Origin: Lama guanicoe
Lineage: Eukaryota
Reading direction: 5' to 3'
Assembly (NCBI GenBank): GCA_013239625.1
Contig: MU054187.1
Span: forward strand, 20,711,280-20,775,279
DNA length: 64,000 bases
Shown here: positions 1 to 12,497 of the stretch, one piece after another
How positions within the stretch are numbered: the stretch's first letter is position 1
Layout: the number at the start of each line of letters is the position of its first letter
The notes under the pieces: generated by a model
Seen by the model: only the letters and a program-made list of their open reading frames with translations
The model's database searches: none
What the model was told of the DNA's origin: nothing
Program-made: the position numbers and the translations under genes

Positions 1-433
1 TTAGGGAGAAATAACATGTTGTCAGCCTAGAATTCCTGTCTTGATAATCTTTATTTTCACTCAAATGGGAGCAATGTTGATCTCGACCACTAACATAATT
101 AGCCACAAGGTGCTCCCAGTAAATTTGAATTATCCTTCCATAATGTTGAGCAGAACCTATTAAACTGACAGTTGACTCTCCATCTCCAGCTTCTAATGAT
201 TTTAGCACAATCCTTTCTTAGTATAACTCTTTAATTTTAAGATTAAACTCATTTTAAACAATAAAGCTTGACCTATAACATAAGATGCAAACAAGCAAAT
301 GCAATCATAATTTTCTTGATTATAATCAAATTTAAATAAAATTTATCTAAATTCTTTTATGTCTAGTTAGAGAGGTATTGCAAAGTCATTTTATTTTATG
401 TGTCAGAATGAAGTAAAGTTGAATTAGTCCAGA

Positions 434-600
434 TTCTTTTTTTAAAATTTTTTTAAAGTTTTATTCATGTATTTATGTATTTATTTATTTGCAGGGGGTG
501 GTAATTAGGTTTTTTCAATTTTGGAAGAGGTACTGAGGATTGAACCCATGACCTTGTGTGTGCTAGGCATGCTCTCTACCACCTGAGCTATACCCTCCCC
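434..600 (-). mobile_element. Camelid tRNA-derived SINE (Vic-1 type)
   Basis: Minus strand reads GGGGAGGGTATAGCTCAGGTGGTAGAG...GGTTCAATCCTCAGTACCTC (A and B boxes), then CCTAATTACC and an A-rich tail. Perfect 14-bp target-site duplication (TSD) TGAATTAGTCCAGA at 420-433 and 601-614. Confidence 0.93.
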
Positions 601-899
601 TGAATTAGTCCAGAATCTAACTCATACTTTTGAGGAATTGAAAATTTGGAGATTTTACTAAACTAGGAAGGAAAGATCACTGCATCATCAACTTTAACAG
701 CACAAACCCTTCAGGTCTCAGTTAAAATATGTAACATGAAGATACATAATAATTCTCACCTCATGAAATTGCTTAAAAGAATAAGAGAACTTATCTAAAT
801 ATGTCTAGCTCCATTAGTGACAATTTGTGTCATTCAAAAAATTTTCCCAATTTCTTTCTTCATTAATAATTTTATTAAGAGGGAATAGCATAATAAGGT

Positions 900-1047
900 G
901 GGGGAAGGATATAGCTCAGTGATAGAGTGTGTGCTTAGCATGCATGAGGTCCTGGGTTCAATCCTCAGTACCTCAATTAAAATAAACAAATAAGGAAATA
1001 CATATCCTAATTACCTGCCACCACTCCAAAAATTAAAGAATTAAAAA
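900..1047 (+). mobile_element. Camelid tRNA-derived SINE (Vic-1 type)
   Basis: GGGGAAGGATATAGCTCAGTGATAGAG...GGTTCAATCCTCAGTACCTC, then CCTAATTACC and an A-rich tail; same family as the other copies. Confidence 0.9.
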
Positions 1048-1473
1048 GTTTTTTCTAATTTTGTTTTTCATCTTTGGGATTTTTATTTTTTTAGTTGTTA
1101 GTTTATAAATGAGTTTTATATGTATGTGTGTACTTTTAGTTTAAAATTATCAATTACATTTACAGTAATTGATATATTTTCATTAAATAAATGATTTAAT
1201 AAGATTTTTCAATATATTTATTCCATGTAAAATGAAATGTTTTTAACAAGGCAAGTCATTGTAAATTATAGAATTAAATTATTTGTTCAATTACTTATGT
1301 TTGATAAATTCATATCTTAATGTAATCTGAGGATTGGTAAATTAAAGCAAATTATATTAAACCAGATACAGCAATACTCAACATATAAATAATTTATGTC
1401 ACTATGAATATTCATCATATCACTGTAGACAATAGAGGTTAGAATCTCAAACATATGACTTTAAATGACTTAC

Positions 1474-2860
1474 TTAGAAATTCACAACCTACCAAGACTA
1501 AATCAAGAAGAAACTTAGTTTGAACAGTCCAGTAGCAAATAAGGAGATTGCATTAATAATTAAAAACTTCCCAATAAAGGGACTAGATGGCCTCACAGAT
1601 GAGTTCTACCAAACTTTTAAAGATTAATTAATACCAATTCTTCTTTAATCTTCAAAAAAAAAAAAAAAAAGATGAAAGAATACTTCCAAACTCATGAGGC
1701 CAGCATTACTCTCATACCAAAGCCAGACTAGGACACCATAATTAAATTACAGAACAATATCTCTGATGAACATAGACACAAAAATCCTCAACAAAATATT
1801 AGCAAACTGAATTCAATAGCATATTAAAAGGATTATACACCAGAAATGAATGGCCTCATTTTTGCCATGCAAGGATGGCTCAACACACAAATAAATGTGA
1901 TACCACACATTAGCAGAGAGAAGGACAGAAAAGTACATGATCATCTCATTAGATGCAGAAAAAGCATTAGAGAAAACTCAACAGCATTTTAAGATTAAAA
2001 CTTTCAACAAATTAGGCATAAAATAAATTTAGCTCAATACAGTAAAGGCCATATATGAAATCACCACAGCTAACAATATTCTCTATGGAAAACTAAAAGA
2101 TTTTTCTCTCAGATGTAGAAAAAGTTAAGGATGCCCACTCTCGCTACTTCTATTCAATATAATGGAAGCCCAACTAGAGCAATTAGGCAGGAAAAGGAAA
2201 TTAAAAAATCTAAATCTAAAAGGAAGAAATAAAATTATCTGTTTGCAGATGACATAGTAGATTGTAAACACTGCACACACACAAAAAAGACTGAGAACTG
2301 TTTTTATACACTAACAACAAAGTATCTGAGTAGTAAATCAAGAAAATGATACCACTTACAATAGCACCAAAGAATAAAATATTTAGGTACAAGCTTAACC
2401 AAAGAGGTCAAAGACTTGTATGCTGAAAATTGTAAAACACTGATGAGAGGGATTTTAAAAGACACATACAAATAGAAAGAAATCATATGGTCACTGAGGA
2501 GAAGAATATCATTAAAAATGTCAATAATATCCAAGGTGATATATGTGATAATTGTTAAAATTGCAATGGTATTTTTCATAGAGGTAGAAAAACAATCCTA
2601 AAATTCCTATGGAATCACCAAAAGACTCCAAATAGTCAATGTGATTTTGAAGAACAAAACAGGAGACATCACACTTTCTAAATTCAAACTGCATTATAAA
2701 GCTATGGTAATCAAAACATTATAGTTCTGGAATAAAAACAGATATATAGGCCAATAAAACAATATAGAGTTCAGAAATAAAGCCACATATATATGGCTTA
2801 CTGATCTTCAATTAGAATATACAATAGGGGAAGGGCAGTCTCTACATACAAAGAATGAAA
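1474..2860 (+). mobile_element. LINE-1 ORF2 fragment (reverse transcriptase region), degenerate
   Basis: Encodes L1 RT motifs in broken frames: LMNIDTKILNKILAN (~1763-1807), DAEKA (~1952), GCPLS (~2129), LFADD (~2239-2253). Many stops and frameshifts. Confidence 0.93.
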
Positions 2861-3418
2861 TTCATTCAATGACTTCTTCATGACCTCATGCCAGAGCATG
2901 GCAGAATCTAGAAACAAAATGTGACTCGTTCTTGGATCCAATTAAGGCATTTTCCATTCCTTTTGCACAAGCCTCAATACATGCTTACTTCTAAGATGTA
3001 GGAATATATTTCCTAGTATACCAGTTTAGCTGGTTTCAGATTTCTTAACTACAAAATAGATATGCCTGACCAGTCATCTTGTCCTATACATTTTTTTCTT
3101 TCAAAACCCTCTTCTCCTAATATTTTTACAAACCATAAAACGTTTTATAATACTAGATTGAATTTAAAAGATTCATTTTTAATTGAAGAGTGCATATATA
3201 TCCACAAAATAGAGATTGTTGGCACCAAAATCTAATAGGAAGAGGTTAGAAACGATCAGGGGGTGGATTTTATAATGATGTGAGCTGCTTCTGGTATTTA
3301 GTACCTGTAAGTCAAGAATGCTAACTGTCATGTAAAGAGATCAATTCTAAAGAACAAAGATTTCCCTCCCCCACCAAAAAAAATTCTAAATGTTACTTCA
3401 TTAAGAAATACTGAATAT

Positions 3419-3560
3419 GGGGTGAGGGAGGGTGTAACTCAGTGGTAGAGCATGTGCTTAGCACACACAAGGTCCTGGGTTCAATCCCCAGTACCTCCAG
3501 TAAATCAATCAATAAATGAACAAGCAAACCTAATTACCTCCCCCCTCAAAAACAAAACAA
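3419..3560 (+). mobile_element. Camelid tRNA-derived SINE (Vic-1 type)
   Basis: A/B-box head, CCTAATTACCTCCCCCC core and A-rich tail. TSD AAATACT(G/A)AATAT at 3406-3418 and 3561-3573. Confidence 0.92.
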
Positions 3561-3931
3561 AAATACTAAATATAAGATCCTTGAATAAATATATTTTCAT
3601 TTGATTTTTTTCCATTTGATTACTAGTGAGATCAGTATTTTCCAAAATTTAGTGACTGTCTGATGGTATTAGCTCTGACTTAGGTGTTATGTGGAACATA
3701 TTATTCTTTTCAATTATAGTGTTCAAAATTAATAGAAAGAAAAAATAACATATCAAAGATTTAATTTATAATTGTTTTGAATTGGGATAATTAGGAATGT
3801 AATAATTTTAAGTAAGCATAAAGAAAATGTTAAATTAACTAAAATAAGTGGTGTGTAGATATGACAAAAAGAGAAGATGGTAAAAAATTATGGCTGCTTG
3901 GGAAACACTGAAGTAGGGGTGTGTTTGTGGG

Positions 3932-3933
<2 letters not shown>

Positions 3934-3973
<40 letters not shown>
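3934..3973. repeat. (GT)n microsatellite
   Basis: Pure dinucleotide run seen directly. Confidence 0.97.
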
Positions 3974-3976
<3 letters not shown>

Positions 3977-6654
3977 AGTAACCCAGGCTTAATCAATACA
4001 ATGATGTAACAATTTTTTTTTCCAACCCAAATAAAAGCACCATCTTCCCATCTAAGTCCATACTCTTCCACATACATATATTATGGACAAATAATAGAAT
4101 TCTAAGTTTGTTGACGTAGCAAACATACTTTACTGTTTGATAGTTCATAAAACTCAAGTATGTGAACATTAACTTTATTACTATGTACTAAATATAAGCT
4201 AGCTTTTCATTCCTCTTTTTTATTGATGGTTAAAACTTTGATCTTGCCCATTCTGTCTTTTCTGGCTAATACTTGATGAAAAGGCAGTACTCGCCCGGTT
4301 ACTTCTCACCATTTCTTCTATTCAGTGATTATCTGAACTGCACAGGAATTCAGGCGTGTCTTCTGTTCTCTACTGGCATCTGGCTCTCCTCTTCTGGTGT
4401 TTCTTGAGTACATTTGCATCTCTGCTGAAAGGTACCAGTTCTTTCTCATACTGACCACAGACGTTCCAGTCTATTTCCCTTATAATTCCTCCTTAGAGAC
4501 TGAAAACTTTTAGCTTCTTTTCCTGAACCTCACTGCAGGACACACTCTTGTAAGACTGCCTTAAGTCCCATCTTCCTGGACACCTCACTCAGTCTTCACT
4601 ACTTGTCTGCCAACGTTTCATGCTTAAATGTCCTGGCTCACACTAAAAAGTAAGGCCTGAGTCCACTAATTTCTTACCATCCCCTGAACCATTCTGGAAT
4701 TTCTGCTGCTAAACCCCCACCCTGCCCCACCCCTCATTTTCCCTCAGACTTCTAGGATGAAGGAAAATGAAGGCGGCAGTGCTTCCCCCCCCAAAAAACT
4801 AACAGCTTAGCACTCATGTTTTTCCCTTTTAATTCTCTTCAAAGTTTTTGTTTCCAGTTCAGAGGCTGTCCACAGGTTGTTTTTTGTGTGTTTTGTTTCC
4901 TGCATCAAAGGAAACCTCTCTTGTAGCATTCTGCATTTCTCTACACTTTGTACTTTAGTCAATAAAGTTTTCAAAACTTTAATTTGGTAGTCAATGCCAA
5001 AGAAATAAATGTTTAAAAACATCTTTGCAAATGTATAGCCCTTGCTATCAAAATCTAAATTGTGTTTCAACACAAGTTTGGACCTCAAAGCCAGTAATTT
5101 CATACAATCTTTTTTAGTTGTGTTCCTTTTGAATTTTCTATTCCCTAGGCAATAAGGCTTCACCCATGATCAAGTATTAATAGCCAAATGACTGCATAAA
5201 GGGATTCATTCTCCAAGAAGGAAAAATATGTTGTGTTTTAATTCAGAATATTTCATTGTTGTAATCAAAAATCTATTTTAGAAAAAAAGTAGCAAACACG
5301 TTCATTCTTTTCTTACACGATGAAGACATTTTCCCCCATGTCAAGAGAAAAAAGTCATAAAGTGGATGGAGGAAATAAACAAGACTCTAAATATCTCTTT
5401 TCTAATAAGTAATAGTATGAAAGATATCAGCACTCCAGGGACAATGGCATGCCTACCTATGGCATTTACTAAGGGCTTAGTAAACTAGAGAATTTTTCTC
5501 CCCTTCGCTGTCCATCAAGGGACTGATTCTGTTATCAATGGATTACAAGTGCCAGGGTAAAACTTATAAATGTTCTTTTAAAAATCAGCATGGGGGGGTG
5601 GGGGGACTATAAGTCTAAACAGCACTGACAGGGTTATTTTAGTCTTTCTCCACTGTATCCATATGTTGGGCCCTCAGAGCCTTTCAGTGTTTTTAGCTAT
5701 AAGCCTACTCACTTAATGTTTAGAGCAAGAGATAAAGAAATGTCAAGAAGGTTGCAATCCTTTCTTGAGGCCAGAGATATTTAAATACATAAATATGTAC
5801 ATGCATACATAATAACATACCTAAAGGGTGACGCATTTTTTTATCTTTCCTATGACAGCAAAAAATAATATTCTTGCTCAATTGTCTAATGTTCTCTGGA
5901 TCTCTGCATAACTCCATGAATGATTCTGTTATAAAGCAATTTCTGTTGTTCATGGAAATGTGATTCAGGTAACAGAACTCCAGTTGTGCTTCACTAATAA
6001 CAGAAATTTATGCCAATAAATTAATCTTTGACCTTACTTTTCTGCATTGAAAATCTTTCCTACAAATGTGATTAGTAAAGTTAATTTCATAATTTCACAG
6101 GAGTTTAAACCTAACATAGTAACTATGGAGGAGCAAGACTAATTTAAAGGCAAGTGTTTGTAAACACAGCACATTTTGCTCTAATAATTATTAGGAAGAA
6201 GAGTTCTTTATGTATTTTGAAACCATCCAAACTAATGGATCTATTTTACCGCTTATGGATCATATAATCTGTAAGCGTTTGTGGACATATGTAAAACTGT
6301 TTTCCTGCCATGAATTTTAGATTATCATTTCAATCGAGATGCTCTGTAGCACTCAGCCATTCATAAGAAGCTATGGCTTGCCCTCTTTAAGACTTGAAAG
6401 ATCCCATGAAAGATATTTCTAAAATATGATCTCATCTTAAAATATAGATCTGTGTCAAGTGGACAATCTAACCTTAGAAAACTGATAACCTCCCCAAAGT
6501 AAAATGGCAAAAATATCTTTCATCTCTCTGGCATTAGGAGTTTATGTGGATAAAATAAGATTATACCTATTACAGCACTTTAGAAATAAATATCCTTTAT
6601 ACCTCTCAGGTATTATTAGATGAAGAAATCTTAATATAATCTTCTTATAAAGTA

Positions 6655-7015
6655 GCACAGATCACATTTATCCTCTGTTTCAAAAGCCTTCAGAGGCTTC
6701 TACAAGCTTCCAAATTCAGTTCAGATTTCTCAACCTGGCCTTTACCTTCCACAAATGGTTAAGACCTATTTTTCCAGACATATAGGTGCTATTACTTAAA
6801 GGATATATGGCAGATGCTGAATTACATCCATCATTATTATTGCAAGTACATATCTCATGATTTGGCATCTCGGAGTCTTTTTTCATTGTCCTGCCTTTAT
6901 TCTGGAGTGTATCTTTCATCTCTACCCACAAGAGCTACCTAATTTTCAATTCTATCTTCAATATCTAGCAAAAGGTCAGGCAAATAGTAGGATTTCAGGA
7001 AAAAGCAATTGAATC
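6655..7015 (+). mobile_element. L2 LINE 3' fragment (ancient)
   Basis: GATCACATTTATCCTCTGTTTCAAAAGCCTTCAGAGGCTTC... resembles the L2 3' region; highly diverged. Confidence 0.55.
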
Positions 7016-7629
7016 AAACTTACATTACTAACAGTAACCAGTCTTATATTCCACTTATCTCTTGATTATACTTGATGTCTAGGTTCCAGAAAATCAAAAT
7101 GATTTCATCAAAATTATTGCCCCCTTCTGAAGTCACATTTCCAAGGTTATGGAGTCAAAAAGGGAAGTAAAATAAACCCAGGTCTTTCACTAGCAGACTC
7201 ACTTGTAAAACAGTCTGTTGAATGTATATATCCAAGTGCATGTTTTCACTATGCCCTGATTACAATATATTTTCTAATCCTTTAACATTTAAAAACATTA
7301 AGCTCTTTTATTATAATAAACTTCAAAGCCAATGTACAAGCCACAGAAACATAATTAGTTCTTTTACTTTGTACCTTGTTTTGGGAAATTCTATATATAT
7401 ATTGAAAAATCTAGCAGGAGTACAAGTTAATCATACACTTGGGATGGAACGGGTAAGGCCAACCTCACTGAGCATTCAGCCAGCAATTCTCAGATAAAGT
7501 GACTAGGGAAGATGGGCATGGAGAGGAACACCCTAAACTTTTTGATAATGCATTTTATAGGTTGACATCTAGTCTCCCACAGTATACATCATAACATAAA
7601 ATTGTAAATAGAAATACCTTTTATTTTCC

Positions 7630-8010
7630 AGCTTCTTTTGTTCCTGCATTACAGATATAGAGGAATAAGCTTTTGGCAACCCAATGCACTTGAATGAGAC
7701 TTTGTTTCAGGACTGAGTGAGCTAATTAAAAATGCAAAGTATGGGACATACATTTTTCTCTTGGTGCAGACTGTGATGGAGGCAAAGTGGTTCTGGGGTG
7801 GAGGCTGCTTTCTGAGTTGGCAGATTCTTGGTCAAAGAAGAGGCAGTCTCCCTCTTCAGTGAGCAACTTTCTGTACTGTGGGTCTGGACACTGTTCCTAA
7901 AAGCACAGCTCGAAGTCCATTTCTTCAGGCATGCCCGCAGTTCCTGACATATCTTACTTAAACCCATTTTTGCTTAAATGAGACTAAGTGTTCTTTACTG
8001 TAAGTAAGAA
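7630..8010 (+). mobile_element. Ancient ERVL-class LTR (LTR33/LTR16-like)
   Basis: 3' end AAACCCATTTTTGCTTAAATGAGACTAAGTGTTCTTTACTGTAAGTAAGA resembles LTR33/LTR16 termini; boundaries approximate. Confidence 0.5.
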
Positions 8011-9087
8011 ATTTGCTCAATAATTGATGTCCAAAGTGATTCTGTGCAAAAAATTCTCAAAGGAATTATAATCTGGTATTGAATAGCTGATACAGTGGGT
8101 TTAAAGGAGTCCTATTACTTTTAAAAGGTAGATTGCCAGAGGTCTGTGTAACTTAATTGTGAAAATGTTGCTTGAAGTACTACCTATGGTTATCTGGTAT
8201 GATATGCCTGCAGATGGTGGTACTTTAGTGGGTAATAGATCACTGTTTTATGAGGAAAACAAAGAACAACCATCAAATCTAAATGAACCAGACAGCCTGC
8301 ATAAAGAAATGTCTCCGATACAAAGTTTTTAATTCTCAGATGACTGCATGGCCCGAAAATTAACAAGTAGTTACAATTAGTTTCAAAGACTCTAAGCTCT
8401 TTAGGTATAAGGCCGACTCAGTTTTGGAAAAAGTTGTTTAAAAAAAAAAAAAAAAAAAAGGAGCTCAACCCTGCTATCATAACTCAATTTCAAAATCTTA
8501 TCAAGTTTCTTACAAGAAAGTTAGGGTAGAGTGTTGCCTCTTGAATTGGAAATGAAACAATTTGGAGAATTTTGGCCCTCCTATCTCACTGAAACTCCCA
8601 CATCACTGAATGCTGATTCGACCAGTTTTCTGATGGTCCTGGCTTCTATGAAAACCCTATAAGAACATATTCAGAGTGTTATAAGTACCTTAAAAAGCTT
8701 AGCTAATTCTCATACTTTATCAGAACTATAACTAGACTCCAAGTCCAGCACGAATAAGAGAAAAAACGTTAACTAAAACTAATGAGAAGGCTTATACATC
8801 AAAAATATTGGAAGAATGTGCGTGGGGAGGAGTATTGAAGATTCTAAACAAGGATAAAGGAGTATAACTTTCTGCCAAACTGAATTAGTGGATCCTTTTT
8901 CCAGAGAATAGGAATTTAATAACCTCTCAAGTACCTGGAATTGGTTGGTTGTCTGAGACCTAAACTCAGTGGCCATTAATTTTGAGTAAAATTGATCTCA
9001 AAAAGATTTGACTATAAGAGTGTTGGAATGGACTCATCATGTGTAATCTATCCTTTCAACCACATCTTCAGGGAGACACTGAGGCAT

Positions 9088-9737
9088 TACAAGTCTGAAA
9101 TCCATACATTGGCAGGGGCATGCTCCCTCTCAAACCTCCAGAACATTATCGTTCCTTGATGCTTCCCAGGCATTCCTTGACTGTAGCAGTATCAACTCCA
9201 TCTCTGCTTCTGTCTTAGCACAGCTGTCTTTTCCCTGCATGTGTATCTGAATTTCCTTCTATTTGTAAAGACCACAGCGACCTCTGGTTAGGGCCCACTC
9301 TAAGGACCTAATCTCAACTTGACAACATCTACAAAGAACCTATTTCCTAAGAAGGTTACGTTTACAGCTCCTGGGGGTTAGGACTTTAATATGTCTTCGG
9401 GTGGGGGGGACACAATTCTACCCATAAGAATCTGCGCTCCAGCCCTCCAAAATTCATATCCTTTCTACATGCAAGATATATTAAGCCCCTCTCAACATTC
9501 CTAAAACTCTTAAGCCATTCCAGCATCAACCCTAAGTTCAAGCTCTTAACTACTTATAATCATCTCAAAAAGTCTCAAAACTCATCTTGAAAATCTTCCA
9601 AATCAGTTACTGGGGAAACTCTGGGTATGGTCTATCCAGGGACAAAATTCCTGGGAACCTCTGAAACCAGACCACAACTTACTTGTTTCCAAAATATAAT
9701 GATGGTGCAGGTATCAGATAGACATTCTCATATTCAT
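9088..9737 (-). mobile_element. MaLR MLT1 LTR (9088-9429) plus adjoining MLT1 internal 3' end (9430-9737)
   Basis: Diagnostic MLT1 blocks AAGTCTGAAATC, TTAGGGCCCACTCTAA, GGGGTTAGGACTT and GGGGGACACAATTCTACCCATAA. Followed by MLT-int-type CCAAAATTCATATCCTTTCTACATGCAA...AATATAATGATGGTGCAGGTATCAGATAGACATTC. Confidence 0.85.
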
Positions 9738-10124
9738 TTATGTGCTGTTTTCCCATAACATATATGATGTTTAAGATAAAAGGTTAAAAGTAACATGATG
9801 TAAGGTATTATAAACGTTATTCATGAATATTTTATATATGCCACATGTGTATTTAAGTCAGACATACGATGCTTATTTTGACTTATTCACATAAATGTTT
9901 TATTTACACACAGTTTATTTTTTCACTTGCTCACTATTCCTTCTTCTATGATAGCTTTCTTTTCCCAATAATAAAATTTTTAGTACAGGTCTCTTGGCTG
10001 ATAAACTAATATTTTTTTTTCATCTATAAATGTTTTTATTTTACACTGAATTTCAAAAATAATTTATTGGGACCCACATTTCTAGGCAAAGCATTGCATC
10101 TCAATTGCACACTTTGTATACGTA

Positions 10125-10159
<35 letters not shown>
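10125..10159. repeat. Compound (TG)n(AG)n microsatellite
   Basis: Seen directly. Confidence 0.95.
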
Positions 10160-10725
10160 CAGAGCCAAAGGGCGAGAGGATAACCACCACAAAAGACTGG
10201 CCCAGTTTGTTTCTCTTTGCTCATATAGTTTTAGTTCCTTCACAATTTCATCCCGTTTATTTCATGGGTGTAAGTAACTTGCTGACGAATTTCAATTTTC
10301 CATTCATAGATGTAACCATTCCCCTTAGTTCCAGGGTCATATATTTTAACATTCTACCAACATTTTTATATGAAAAAATTAAAACTTTTAAATTCATATG
10401 TTTACATATAAATTTATTTCTAAATGAGAGCCCTTGATCTTCTATCCTATTTCTCCAAAAAAAAGCTTGTTAAATCGAATGTATTCCCCATCAGTAGCTG
10501 CCACCATAGATCCCTCTGTTCAGGCCACATACCTCATTGATTATTTCTTTTCTACCACAAAAAAAAAAAAAATTCAGTCCATCAGCCAATCCTGCTTATA
10601 CCATCTTTCTCAAATCACTTCTCAGAACTTACCTAAAAACAGCATCTATTTCCGGGCTGATGCACGGTTTGTTATTTGTTCTCTTTGTTTCATCTCTTCC
10701 CTTTTTTCAATCTATTCCACACCTT

Positions 10726-11040
10726 TGCTGCTGAGAAACTGGCCTCTGTACCCCGATGGCCAAATTAAGAATCAGAGAGTTTGGGGAGGATAGAAAAGAA
10801 CAGCTTTATTGCTTTGCCAGCAAAGGGAGTCACAGCAGGCTTGTGTCTTAAGGACTGGGAGCCCCTCTTGGGGTTGCGGTCTTGAGGTTTTATAGAAAAA
10901 CTGGGTGGAACAGAAAAGGAGAAAACAAGCAGGGCGTTTTTCAGGGGCTGCATTTCTTTTATCTTCGTAAGAAATTGCTGCTGAAATGGAGGAATTTAGG
11001 AGGGCTTGCCCATCTTCTTGAGATTGGGGCTATGATGGTC
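10726..11040 (-). mobile_element. ERV1 3' LTR (R/U5 and part of U3) of the minus-strand provirus
   Basis: Minus strand shows TATAAAA (10888-10894), GCAAAGCAATAAAGCT with the poly(A) signal (10805-10810), and a terminus ...GGCCAGTTTCTCAGCAGCA at 10726. Left boundary firm, right boundary approximate. Confidence 0.8.
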
Positions 11041-11049
11041 TTTCAAAAC

Positions 11050-11730
11050 CTCTAGGGTAAAAGGATAAGATATAGTCTAAGAAGAGAAATTGGGCACGCA
11101 GCCCAATTTCGTAGTGTTATTAGGCTGGTTATCCTCAGTATGATTTAATTTGTCCCCAACATAAAGGAGCCTTTAAACTTAAATGACCATAACCTGGTGT
11201 TAACCGTGTAAGTCCATCCCACAATTGTGGGAGGCTATATTCTTGGCTGAAGTTCTGCTTGTTGCTCTGATTGAGCTTGAGCAACTTTAGAAGAAAATTG
11301 ATATTTATGGCCAGGGTCAGAGCAGATAAGTAGCCAGGTGAGGGAATCCCATCTAGTCATATCACAAGTGGCCTGAACAGAACTATGATTTCTTTCTAGA
11401 GGCCTGAACACAACTATGATTTTCTTCTTCTAAAATAAATTTCCTAAGGGCTATCCAGGGAGAGCCTTGGAGTGGAGAAATAAACAAGGGTAACCCAGAA
11501 GTACTGGATGAAGATAACTGGCCGTAAACCTAACAACTGTATTAACTTTAGCTGCACTAAAGATTGTGAGATACATTTAGTTTCTAAGCAAGGGTGTGAG
11601 CAATTATCAAAGTAATTGGTATACAGGACTGGTCCAATGTCTTGGGTTAGGTGTCTCCCTTAGATGGGATCCTCTATCCTGGTCTTACAGCTTCTCGGAG
11701 CATTGTTTTAAAGTGCAACCATCCTCTCTC
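11050..11730 (-). pseudogene. env: Retroviral env (SU) remnant
   Basis: Minus-strand peptide LPQLWDGLTRLTPGYGHLSLKAPLCWGQ (11150-11233) and NQPNNTTKLGCVP resemble class I ERV env. Position between integrase and 3' LTR fits; stops present. Confidence 0.6.
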
Positions 11731-11734
11731 TAGG

Positions 11735-12497
11735 CTAGTCCTGTGTAGGGGCCCTTTCTGAGTGGAAACTAATCCAAGAGTCAATTTCCTTCAGTGTTGC
11801 TTGCGGGGAGCCACTCATGACCTGAGGACTGCCGAGCACAGAACGGGACAATAAATCCCAAAGTGCTGGCATCAGGCTCTGAGATTGATCTAACAAAGAC
11901 AGTCTCTGTCCCGCCACCCCTTTTCAGGAAAGAATGCACCAGGTGATCTAAAAGCCCTAGGAACATCCTGAGCCATTAAGCTACTGATGATCTTTGAACA
12001 GAGAGATACAATCAACATACAAGTTAGTGATCTTAGTTTATAGGAACAACAACCTTAGTTAGTGATCTTGGTATGTGGGAACATATACCCTAGTTTATGA
12101 GTATTATAAACAACATTGATCTATAGAACAATGCACAAGTTAGTGAGTTTAGTACACACTGTGTTTAAACCATAAAACATACCTGTGCCGCAAGAATGCA
12201 CAAGGTAGTCACTTGAATTTGTATAAATTAACTGCCTGAAATAAACTCGAGGTCCACTCTTGGCTTAGCGTCTTGCGGGCTAGAGTGAGACCCTCTCAAC
12301 CCCACCTTCTAGTCTTGTCTTTCTTTTCTCAGTCCTGCGGCACAGGTTTCTGGACCTGATCGATTGTCGGCTGGCTCCGACAGTTGCTGTGTATGCGCCA
12401 GTTAGGAGTTCCTAATAAATGTCCTTCCATCGGGGTTGGAGACAGTCCTTACGTTATGTCTGTTCCAGTATGTATAATTTCCTGGTAGCAGATCACG
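11735..12497 (-). pseudogene. pol: Retroviral pol integrase C-terminal (GPY/F) remnant, interrupted by an ERV2 LTR
   Basis: Removing 11802-12388 gives RDLLPGNYTYWNRH / KDCLQPRWKDIY*ELLTGAYTATLKEIDSWISFHSERAP. This matches the gamma-type consensus LQPGDxVYxKxH...LQPRWKGPYxVLLTxPxAxKLxGIDSWIHxSHLKxAP. Confidence 0.88.
11802..12382 (+). mobile_element. ERV2 (betaretrovirus-like) solo LTR, 581 bp
   Basis: Termini TGCGGGGAGCC...GGCTCCGACA form an imperfect inverted repeat. Perfect 6-bp TSD GTTGCT at 11796-11801 and 12383-12388 (6 bp is typical of class II ERVs). TATAAAT (~12223) closely followed by AATAAA (~12240). Confidence 0.92.

Noticed and set aside
4310..4424. Minus-strand exon between CTTTCAG and GTGAGA
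   Set aside because: Stop codons in all three frames and a poor acceptor.
11050..11730. Domesticated (syncytin-like) env gene
   Set aside because: Only short fragments with stops; no long ORF and no TM subunit visible.
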